A stretch of 59,351 nucleotides of DNA from an uncultured Candidatus Saccharibacteria bacterium. Its GTDB lineage: Bacteria; Patescibacteriota; Saccharimonadia; CAZHVB01. The notes under the pieces are model-generated. The model ran no database searches, had not been told where the DNA came from, and saw nothing but the letters and a program-made list of their open reading frames with translations. A program made the translations under genes and the position numbers. The stretch is from contig CAZRIY010000003.1 of assembly GCA_964600295.1 (NCBI GenBank), forward strand, positions 1 through 59,351, in the 5' to 3' direction. Shown here piece after piece: positions 18,672-26,210 of this stretch (position 1 is the stretch's first letter; each line of letters starts with the position of its first letter).

Positions 18672-19934
18672 TCACCCTCGGTTATCGTAGATTTCCGATA
18701 ATGTATCAGTGGTAGCATGGAATGGCACGCGTTTGACGATTTCGTTGTCTAGGCCAAACATCTTGGCCGAGTAAACCACGTACTCTCCATAATGGTTATT
18801 AATGGCATCGGTGGCGTTCGCAATCTTAATCCGGCGCTCCTTCAAACCTTCGAATAGCGGTAGCGTCAATTTGGCTGCTTCGGCGAGATCGAAACAAGAA
18901 ACCGACAACTGGGTAACTTTTTGGTCAGCCGGCCGATGGTTAAGCAATGCCATAGCTGCATCGTAGAGATCGAGCGTGGCATACATATAACCACCGAATT
19001 TATGCCCTTTATGCAAGTATCCGCGTTCGAAGGATGCATAAACTGCTATGCCCCGGGCTGCCATCCCAGCACGTCTGAGCCTGCGGCCCATTTTCTCGCA
19101 TAACTTCATCATCAGCTTGCTCAATTCCTGATTCTCTGCAGTGAAATGATGCAGATGGTAGCCCTGGCCATAACTGCGGCGTGGGTGCTCGATAGTATCA
19201 ATTTCATATCCCCGCAGCCGCATATACCAGTAGTAGCCGACAATACTGTGGAACACCTGGTGCCGCAGTTTCCAAACCGGAGCCTCCAGGAAGTCGAGCG
19301 GCGTCCTGATACCGGCCAAATTCAGACGCCGTTCATAACGCACATTGATACCACAGAGATCCACTAGCTCCAGCGATTTATATACCTCGCGCAGATTATC
19401 TGAAGTGATAACATCCAACCCATCGGGTTTATGCAAGGAAGCCCCAAGCTTTGCCAGAAAGCGGTTGGTACTGATGCCGACGTTGCAGGTCAGCCAATCG
19501 CCGATCTCGGCCTTGATCCGCTGCTTGATCTCATAACCGATCGAAACCAGCCGCTTGAGATTTATCTTGGGCATGCCCTCGAAGTTAATTGCCGCCTCAT
19601 CAATCGAAAGCGCCACCACGTCGGGCGAGTAATCACGAAAAATCTCGGCAAACTTCTTGTGCACGTAGAAGTACTTATCGGGGTCTGACTTGATGATCTG
19701 GATTTTGGGCAGTATCTCCCGGGCCTGAAAGACGCGGAAGCCAGTCTTGATCCCGAATCGCTTGGCCTCGTAAGAGGGTGAGATGATGGTGCCAGTACGA
19801 TGGTCATTAGCCACCACGCCAATGGCCTTACCCCGTAACAGTCGGTTGGCCTGCTGTTCCACACTGGCAAAACACGAGTTCATATCAATGTGCATCACTA
19901 GTGGCTTAGCTGGGTTAAGCGGCAAGTCCGTCAC
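18672..19934 (-). CDS. Y-family DNA polymerase (DinB/UmuC-like), ICE copy
   Basis: MHIDMNSCFASVEQ and LSIDEAAINF catalytic motifs. GTG start inferred by homology with the 40346 copy. Confidence 0.9.
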   Translation of the reverse strand: MTDLPLNPAKPLVMHIDMNSCFASVEQQANRLLRGKAIGVVANDHRTGTIISPSYEAKRFGIKTGFRVFQAREILPKIQIIKSDPDKYFYVHKKFAEIFRDYSPDVVALSIDEAAINFEGMPKINLKRLVSIGYEIKQRIKAEIGDWLTCNVGISTNRFLAKLGASLHKPDGLDVITSDNLREVYKSLELVDLCGINVRYERRLNLAGIRTPLDFLEAPVWKLRHQVFHSIVGYYWYMRLRGYEIDTIEHPRRSYGQGYHLHHFTAENQELSKLMMKLCEKMGRRLRRAGMAARGIAVYASFERGYLHKGHKFGGYMYATLDLYDAAMALLNHRPADQKVTQLSVSCFDLAEAAKLTLPLFEGLKERRIKIANATDAINNHYGEYVVYSAKMFGLDNEIVKRVPFHATTDTLSEIYDNRG

Positions 19935-20175
19935 TGATTTCCTCTAGCAACCATTGCTGGTTACGGGTATTAAAGTTAAGCCGGAAGTAAGTAGTGCCAT
20001 CACAGACCGAGTAGATATGGTGCAGTGTCTTACCCTCCCAGCTCGGATGACAGAGATCGACTTCGCTGATTTTGTATTGGCGGCTCCGCCATTTCAGCAA
20101 ATGGGGTAAGGGAACCGACCGTTTGGGATCGTAGATCGTTACTACTCCAACCTGTTCGTCAATTTTCTCAACCAT
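19915..20175 (-). CDS. small conserved partner protein of the Y-family polymerase, ICE copy
   Basis: About 86 aa and clearly homologous to 40077..40331 (shared ...Y.L.F.T....W.L.EISDGL C-terminus). Overlaps the polymerase start. Confidence 0.6.
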   Translation of the reverse strand: MVEKIDEQVGVVTIYDPKRSVPLPHLLKWRSRQYKISEVDLCHPSWEGKTLHHIYSVCDGTTYFRLNFNTRNQQWLLEEISDGLAA

Positions 20176-20264
20176 CACCATCAATATACCAAACAAAAGC
20201 CGAACAAGAGAAATCTTGAGTGACTACAGTCTCGCAACACATACACAGGGGTATAATAAAAACC

Positions 20265-20741
20265 ATGGCAGACTTCAAGAATATGCAAAGGTTTGTTGCT
20301 CTGGTTGAGGAACATAATACTCAAGACTACAAAAAAGATGATGCGACACTAGGCAACTTATCGGACATCAACTATCTGATAGACAAAGCGATTAAGAAAG
20401 ATAATGCTCTTCGTGCGTTTCAAAATGAACATTTCGGCGAAAATAACAGACAGTTTAAGAACCCAAAAGTTGTCGAGGTATTTAACCAGGCAAAGAACCA
20501 AGAATTTATAACATTGATGACCAGCAAGGACAACGAGCGTGTTGCTGGTGAGATTATCTTGGTTGAAGAAAAGGGACGAGAACTTATTAGAAAACCGTGG
20601 GTTTTACACAGATTTTTAGCATGGCTACAATTTCGCAATAACTTGGTTGTGCTAGCGGTGGCGTTGATAGCTGCGGGAATACTTTCAAATCTTGACCACA
20701 TAGATGATATCTTGAAATGGTTACGTGACCTGGAGGGATAG
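20265..20741 (+). CDS. hypothetical protein with C-terminal TM helix
   Basis: The track ORF 20220..20741 starts at a GTG. An ATG at 20265 follows a TATAAT-like box. C-terminal LVVLAVALIAAGILS. Confidence 0.4.
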   Translation: MADFKNMQRFVALVEEHNTQDYKKDDATLGNLSDINYLIDKAIKKDNALRAFQNEHFGENNRQFKNPKVVEVFNQAKNQEFITLMTSKDNERVAGEIILVEEKGRELIRKPWVLHRFLAWLQFRNNLVVLAVALIAAGILSNLDHIDDILKWLRDLEG

Positions 20742-20770
20742 TCACCGAAACCTTGGTCTATACTTAAACT

Positions 20771-21424
20771 ATGTGTGGCCGTTACACGCTGACTGAAACC
20801 AAAGAGATTTATGAGCGTTTCGGCGTCAAAGACCGACTCGAGAAACTAGAACCCAGCTACAACGTGGCCCCAGGACAATTCATGCCGATTCTTGTTAATG
20901 AAGATGGCAAACACCGAATGAAGCTTGCGAAGTGGGGCATCATTCCCTTCTGGGCCAAGGACAAACCCGGGATGATGCTGATCAACGCCAAAACCGAGAG
21001 TATTACACGGCCGACTTGGAGTCGTCAGTTCAAATCCCGCCGCTGCCTGGTGCCGGCCAGCGGATTCTTTGAATGGCGCAAGCGCGAACAAGGCAAAGAA
21101 CCGCACTATTTCTACCTTAAAGACCGCGATCTTTTCGCTTTTGCCGGCCTGTATGATGTAATCAAAACTTCCGATGAATACGAAACACTCACTTACGTAA
21201 TTATTACTACCGAGCCGAATAAGACGCTAGCGGAGTACCATAACCGAATGCCTGTTATTTTGGACAAGGCCGAGGAAGAGAAGTGGCTAGATGAAACTAC
21301 CCACCCCGATGATCTACTGGGCATACTCGATCCTATAGAGGATTCCAAGATGAAGGTCCACGCTGTAACCAAAGAAGCCAATAGTTCACGAAATAATTAT
21401 CCGGAGCTGATATATCCCCTTTAA
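20771..21424 (+). CDS. SOS-response-associated peptidase (SRAP / YedK-like abasic-site sensor)
   Basis: The N-terminus MCGRYTL with catalytic Cys2, and a length of 217 aa, are typical of SRAP. Confidence 0.9.
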   Translation: MCGRYTLTETKEIYERFGVKDRLEKLEPSYNVAPGQFMPILVNEDGKHRMKLAKWGIIPFWAKDKPGMMLINAKTESITRPTWSRQFKSRRCLVPASGFFEWRKREQGKEPHYFYLKDRDLFAFAGLYDVIKTSDEYETLTYVIITTEPNKTLAEYHNRMPVILDKAEEEKWLDETTHPDDLLGILDPIEDSKMKVHAVTKEANSSRNNYPELIYPL

Positions 21425-21519
21425 CAGAGGTCTCTCTAATTACGATTGGCGTGATTTTATTGCAGCTGTATGTAGGGCGCACCGGAAGAGTTTGGTCTAA
21501 TGACACCCAGTCATGGATA

Positions 21520-21548
21520 TTGACAAAGCGTGGGAAATTTTTTAGACT
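21520..21548 (+). promoter_or_regulatory. candidate sigma70-type promoter (TTGACA-17 nt-TAGACT)
   Basis: TTGACA at 21520-21525 and TAGACT at 21543-21548 in an ORF-poor gap. Confidence 0.3.
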
Positions 21549-21555
21549 AGAAATT

Positions 21556-21855
21556 GGTTGGTGGAAACCAATGCGCACATTTACAAAATACTTCTTGTAA
21601 CCAAGCTTAGCTGCGACAGCCGCTAGCCGGCTTAAGCGCTCCGGCGCTACTTATGGGCGCGCATTTATGCGCGTGCCGCAGGTAACCAAACCTGCTTTTT
21701 GCCCGGCACAGTGTGTCCCGTGTATCTAATATCACAGGTATACTCTAGTGCTACACCAAAGGGTATCTAGATCCTCCCGCAGTATCCTTCCGTTAGGGGC
21801 AGCCATAGCTGGCTACACCGTGTGGCAAGTCTGCGCGGAGAAAGGAGTATTCGCT
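21556..21855 (+). ncRNA. candidate structured leader / msr-msd-like ncRNA upstream of the RT operon
   Basis: No convincing ORF, and many short GC-rich hairpins: ttggtt..aaccaa, agcgc-tccg-gcgct, gcgcgcat..atgcgcg, gcagg-N8-cctgc+T5 and cgctat-gagaa-atagcg. Its position upstream of a retron-type RT operon supports the call. Boundaries are uncertain. Confidence 0.3.
21657..21700 (+). terminator. terminator-like tandem hairpins followed by T5
   Basis: The hairpin gcgcgcat/atgcgcg is followed by gcagg-taaccaaa-cctgc and then ttttt. Confidence 0.3.
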
Positions 21856-22056
21856 ATGAGAAATAGCGGAACACACATAAAGTCCGTTGCCCGGCTCGTC
21901 CGGAAATGGCAAGCGCAAGGGATACTGCGAAAAGATGTGGCTGACCAGCTTGTAAAAACCGCAAAGCAACTCCGGCACAGTGTAGCCGTAAAGGATGTAA
22001 AGCAGGTCGAAAAGTTGGTTAACAAGCTCTGTAAACTGATTTTAGGTTTGGAGTAA
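21856..22056 (+). CDS. small Lys-rich helical protein, first gene of the RT operon
   Basis: 66 aa. The ATG is preceded by AAAGGAG at 8-nt spacing. The track's longer version from 21748 overlaps the structured region. Confidence 0.45.
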   Translation: MRNSGTHIKSVARLVRKWQAQGILRKDVADQLVKTAKQLRHSVAVKDVKQVEKLVNKLCKLILGLE

Positions 22057-22128
22057 AAGGAGTAGTCATATCGTCTAGCCCCTTCGTAAGCGACTGATTA
22101 ATTTCGGTCATTTACGAGGGGAAACATT

Positions 22129-22422
22129 ATGAGTTACGGCAAGGCAATCAAGAAAATACGTGCACTAAGAGGTCTTTCGCAAAGAGATCTAGCTGTTGCT
22201 GTTGGTGTAGATGCGAGCTATGTTTCCCATATTGAGAACGGCAACCGCATACCAGGGATTGATAAAATCGAAAAGATCGCCAAAGGATTAGGCGTACCCC
22301 CTTATTTGTTAGTTTTATTGGCATCAGATAATCGGAATTTAAAAGGCAAATTACCCCAGAAGGATAAGCGTGAATTGGCCGAAAGCTTGCTTAGTATTTT
22401 GATGGACACTCATGCAAGGTAG
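22129..22422 (+). CDS. XRE-family HTH protein
   Basis: IKKIRALRGLSQRDLAVAVGVDASYVSHIENGNR. Its stop overlaps the RT start by 11 nt. Confidence 0.85.
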   Translation: MSYGKAIKKIRALRGLSQRDLAVAVGVDASYVSHIENGNRIPGIDKIEKIAKGLGVPPYLLVLLASDNRNLKGKLPQKDKRELAESLLSILMDTHAR

Positions 22423-23419
22423 CCTACTTGTATCGGAAGAGTTGCCGGTTAAATCCGATAGGTTCGTTTTTCTAAAACTTAGGTCAAATCCCCAGGAACT
22501 TGCACAATTGGGATCTGAAGCTGCCACTAGTTACCGGCCGTTTGATCTATACCAAGGCGTAAAAAATGGCCTTGAAAAATGGCGACACATTGATAATCCA
22601 TACGGTAGGTTAAAAGAAATACAATCTAGGTTGTACAGCCAATTCTTGCTACCTCTTGCGCCCCAACTACCACTCTTCCTCATTGGTGGCGTAAAAGGTA
22701 GATCAATCGTTGACAATGCCTCTCCTCATGTTCGTAGCGAGGCAGTGTTGAGTCTCGACTTGAAAAATTGTTTCCCGAGCATAAAACCAACAATTATATT
22801 TGGGGTGTGGCAAGGCAAGTTGGGTTTCAATCCCCATATCGCTGCAAAACTAACGCAGGTAACTACATACCATTTCAAATTGCCCCAGGGTGCTCCCACA
22901 AGTCCTATTTTATGCAATTTAGCACTCTACGATATGGCTAGCGAAATTGATGCTTACGCTCGTCACTCCGGATTGAATTTCACCTTATACATTGACGACA
23001 TAACCATATCGGGTGGTAAGAAATCGGTGCTAAAAGCAATAAATCCAGTAATTGAGCTGGTGCAAAAGTACGGTTACACAATTAACGGCAACAAAAAGAG
23101 AACTACCTATAAATCTCGGCAACAGGTAAGTACTGGCTTGGTAATAAACGAAAAAGTTTCTGTAAGCCGGGAGCGTTTAGAAAGTATTGGACATGAAATT
23201 AGACAAATCGCTCTCAAGCGGCACACCGCCACCAAGCAAGAGATTAATTCTGTTAGAGGTAAAATTGCTCAAGTGCAGGCTGTAGATGCTAAACACGGGA
23301 CAAAACTTGAATTGCTAGCCAACAAATTGATCGTAGATATAGTGGGCGCCGATACATTTCAAAGACAGGACAAAATAGTGTGGTGCATCAGAAAGGCTAA
23401 TTGCCTTGCCCTAAAGTAA
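22412..23419 (+). CDS. retron-type reverse transcriptase
   Basis: 335 aa. Motifs RHIDNPYGRLKEIQSRL, GGVKGRSIVDNASPH, SLDLKNCFPSI, LPQGAPTSPILCN, the YxDD box LYIDDITISG, and VSTGLVINEKVSV (the VTG-like motif typical of retron RTs). Confidence 0.85.
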   Translation: MQGSLLVSEELPVKSDRFVFLKLRSNPQELAQLGSEAATSYRPFDLYQGVKNGLEKWRHIDNPYGRLKEIQSRLYSQFLLPLAPQLPLFLIGGVKGRSIVDNASPHVRSEAVLSLDLKNCFPSIKPTIIFGVWQGKLGFNPHIAAKLTQVTTYHFKLPQGAPTSPILCNLALYDMASEIDAYARHSGLNFTLYIDDITISGGKKSVLKAINPVIELVQKYGYTINGNKKRTTYKSRQQVSTGLVINEKVSVSRERLESIGHEIRQIALKRHTATKQEINSVRGKIAQVQAVDAKHGTKLELLANKLIVDIVGADTFQRQDKIVWCIRKANCLALK

Positions 23420-23512
23420 ACGTACAACCCAAACCGCTTATGGTATTTCGCAACAATGCTTTACATTTGTCAACCGATATAGTATTTTCTAGACATACCA
23501 GGGGGTTTGGTA

Positions 23513-23851
23513 ATGCAAAGGCGCAATTCTCTCAGGATTGTCACCTCGTTCCTAGCAGTAGGAGCTATCATGATGATTGCCCAACCCGTCTTCGCCCAAG
23601 CGGGCGTGGGACAAGTTGAAAACTTCATACGAAATATTATCCAGGTCCTCGCTGGAATAGCCGGTCTCGTCGCGACCGGTTTTTTTGTTGTTGGGGGCTT
23701 TGGCTACATCACCAGCTCGGGTAATCCCGAGCACCTAGATAAATCAAAGAAGACCCTGCTGTACTCGGCTATTGGACTGGCCATAACCATTTCCGCCTTC
23801 GTTTTGAGCAATATAGTAACTTCGCTGGCAATTAGGGCATTCGGAAGTTAA
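23513..23851 (+). CDS. T4SS pilin-like protein (VirB2/TrbC analogue, T4SS_pilin type)
   Basis: Signal/TM segment, then ...VLAGIAGLVATGFFVVGGFGYITSSGNPEHLDKSKKTLLYSAIGLAITISAFVLS. ATG at 23513 follows an AGGGGG Shine-Dalgarno sequence. Confidence 0.7.
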   Translation: MQRRNSLRIVTSFLAVGAIMMIAQPVFAQAGVGQVENFIRNIIQVLAGIAGLVATGFFVVGGFGYITSSGNPEHLDKSKKTLLYSAIGLAITISAFVLSNIVTSLAIRAFGS

Positions 23852-23858
23852 ACAAGAA

Positions 23859-25121
23859 ATGATGCACGCCACCGCCCACCTTTTCGGCGCGGCGGATGTG
23901 TCAGCCGCTGGCAACGCCATGCAGCAGTTTGTGGCGCCAATCATGTTAACCCTGGCCGGGTTGGCCGCTCTGGTCTGCGTCTTTTTCCTGGTCACGGCCG
24001 GCTACTCATACATCACCAGCACCGGCAAGCCAGAAAAACTCGAGCACGCGAAAAAGGTATTGCGCAACGCCATAGTCGGGCTAATCATCGTGATTGCCGC
24101 GGGTACGCTGACCAGCATTCTGAACCACGCCTACAAAGGTCCTAGTACCTCTGATGTTGCAAATTTACCGCCCCTGACCGCAGTCGAGCCCGAAGACAGC
24201 GGTGGTATCGTCGACATCTTGGTCAAGGGCATTGTCGGCCTGTTCAAACATATTATTGAATCTGCAGCCAAACCGTTTATTGCCGCGCTGGACTACTTCA
24301 CAAAGGCCACGCCGCTGATGGGTGAAAACTCGGCCGTATTTAAGTTGTGGCTGACTTTGGTTGGCATCGCCGATGCCTTGTTTGTGCTGGTGGTGGGCCT
24401 GATCGGGTTTCATGTCATGAGCGCGGCCTCCCTAGGTTTAGATGAAATTGAATTCAAGCACCTGCTGCCGCGACTGGCCATGACGTTTCTATTGATGAAT
24501 ACTTCAATCTTCGCCATCGACGCGGTTATTTCCCTGTCCAACGGCATGATCAGCGCCCTGGTAGCGAGTTTCAACAATAAATCAGTTTGGGATGCCCTAT
24601 CAACGATCACTTCTCAAGCAGGTGGTCTGGGGCTAGTAGCGCTGATGATTATGGTGGTGTTCCTGATACTATCCGTGATTCTGCTGGTCTATTACGTCAT
24701 GCGCCTAGTGGTGCTTTATCTGGGCGCAATCCTGTCACCGCTGGTGGTATTGCTGGCCCTGGTGCCAGGCTTCAAAGACTTCGCCAATACCGCAATCAAA
24801 TCCTATTTGACTACGGTATTTGTGCTGTTCGTGCATGTGGTCATCCTGATGCTGGCGGCTTCAATCTTTAGTGGATTAGTTAAGGGTGATGGGCAACAAG
24901 CCTTTGATCCAATTCTAGGGACATTGGTTGGTGTAGCCACCCTGGTCACTTTGCTGAAGACCCAGGGCATGATGATGCAAATGTCATATGTCAGCGTCGG
25001 CCCCAGAGCTCTGCGCAAACTGGGCAGTCAATTCATGACTGGGGTTAGCTACACCACCACCAAGATAAAGACCGTCCGGGCTACCGCCCAGGGCGCACGC
25101 AACGTCAGGCCTGCCAAATGA
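23859..25121 (+). CDS. pilin-like N-terminal domain fused to a polytopic VirB6/TrbL-like membrane protein
   Basis: Residues ~20-100 are paralogous to the preceding pilin (LAGLAALVCVFFLVTAGYSYITSTGKPEKLEHAKKVLRNAIVGLIIVIAAG). The remainder has more than 6 TM helices. Confidence 0.7.
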   Translation: MMHATAHLFGAADVSAAGNAMQQFVAPIMLTLAGLAALVCVFFLVTAGYSYITSTGKPEKLEHAKKVLRNAIVGLIIVIAAGTLTSILNHAYKGPSTSDVANLPPLTAVEPEDSGGIVDILVKGIVGLFKHIIESAAKPFIAALDYFTKATPLMGENSAVFKLWLTLVGIADALFVLVVGLIGFHVMSAASLGLDEIEFKHLLPRLAMTFLLMNTSIFAIDAVISLSNGMISALVASFNNKSVWDALSTITSQAGGLGLVALMIMVVFLILSVILLVYYVMRLVVLYLGAILSPLVVLLALVPGFKDFANTAIKSYLTTVFVLFVHVVILMLAASIFSGLVKGDGQQAFDPILGTLVGVATLVTLLKTQGMMMQMSYVSVGPRALRKLGSQFMTGVSYTTTKIKTVRATAQGARNVRPAK

Positions 25122-25636
25122 AGACCGCCATCGTTCCGGCCCAAGTTACTACAGTCGAGGACAAAGTCGCCGGCAATCTGAGCTTCACCCAACTTCTGCT
25201 CTTAACAGCTCCGGTCTTCTTGGATGGTGCAGTGATCGTCTTGATTCCGCCATTCTTGAAAATTACTCCATTCAAGCTGGTATTCGCCATTGTCTTTGCC
25301 TTTATTTGTGTAAGTTTAGCCATCCGCATTAAGGGCAGACTACTGCTGCAATGGTTGGTTATTCTAGCTAAATACAGACTGCGACCAGGGCTCTACGTAT
25401 ACAACAAGAACGATAAACATCTGCGAAAACCATCAAACGAGTCATTCCGGCAAACTACCATTCCAGTCGAAGCGCGTGCCGATAAGTTAAGCTCTCCGCC
25501 AAGCCAACTGATTCCCACGTCGGAAATGGTACGCCTGGAATCGGCCGTAGCCAACCCAGATGCTAGGTTTCACCTCAAAGCAACTAAGGGAGGACTGCGT
25601 GTCTATATTCGCGAAGTCAAAGAAAAAAGACTCTAG
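25118..25636 (+). CDS. PrgI/VirB3-like small T4SS membrane protein
   Basis: VEDKVAGNLSFTQLLLLTAPVFL is followed by two TM helices. The gene sits directly upstream of VirB4. Confidence 0.55.
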   Translation: MKTAIVPAQVTTVEDKVAGNLSFTQLLLLTAPVFLDGAVIVLIPPFLKITPFKLVFAIVFAFICVSLAIRIKGRLLLQWLVILAKYRLRPGLYVYNKNDKHLRKPSNESFRQTTIPVEARADKLSSPPSQLIPTSEMVRLESAVANPDARFHLKATKGGLRVYIREVKEKRL

Positions 25637-26210
25637 TCGCCGTCAAATAGACATCAAAGGTGTGAGCGACGGCGTCTTATTGCTACCCAACCACCACTAC
25701 CGAGCGATCTTGCAGGTTTCCTCGATAAATTTTGAGCTAAAGAGCGAAGCCGAGCAGGATGCGCTGATCGACACCTACCAGAGTTTTCTAAACTCTCTGT
25801 CTACCCCGCTGCAGATTGTGGCCCGGATTCGAGAAATGGACATGGATAAATACTTGGAGGAGTTCCGATCTAGGCTCAAACAGGAGCCAGAAGCAATTTA
25901 TCGGGCGCAAGTTGCCAACTACACCGAGTTCGTCAGTAGCCTGATATCCAGCAATAAGATACTGTCCAGAAACTTCTATGTAATTGTCCCCTTCAACGGC
26001 AAAGAACCGGACTTTGAAGTCGTTAAGGAGCAGTTGGCCCTAACCTTGGATATCGTCTCCAAAGGTCTAGCTCGCCTCGGCATGCATTCACGCCAGCTCA
26101 GCTCTTTGGAGATACTCGACCTGTTTTACAGCTTCTACAGCCCGGTTCAGGCCAAGCGCCAGCCATTGTCCCACCAGGCCATGCAACTACTAACGGAATC
26201 CTACCGATGA
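25599..26210 (+). CDS. VirB4/PrgJ-like N-terminal domain encoded as a separate ORF
   Basis: IDIKGVSDGVLLLPNHHYRAILQVSSINFELKSEAEQDALIDTYQSFLNSL is the typical VirB4 N-terminus. The GTG at 25599 follows AAGGGAGGA. ATGA overlap with the next ORF. Confidence 0.7.
   Translation: MSIFAKSKKKDSSRRQIDIKGVSDGVLLLPNHHYRAILQVSSINFELKSEAEQDALIDTYQSFLNSLSTPLQIVARIREMDMDKYLEEFRSRLKQEPEAIYRAQVANYTEFVSSLISSNKILSRNFYVIVPFNGKEPDFEVVKEQLALTLDIVSKGLARLGMHSRQLSSLEILDLFYSFYSPVQAKRQPLSHQAMQLLTESYR

Noticed and set aside
21573-21580. ATGCGCAC in the RT leader resembling the 5' end of a well-known E. coli retron msr
   Set aside because: It is only 8 nt, and no perfect complementary a2 partner (GTGCGCAT) occurs downstream, so it is probably coincidental.
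21748-21855. N-terminal 36 codons of the 102-aa track ORF 21748..22056
   Set aside because: They have no ribosome-binding site and overlap the hairpin-rich leader. The internal ATG at 21856 has a strong AAAGGAG Shine-Dalgarno sequence.
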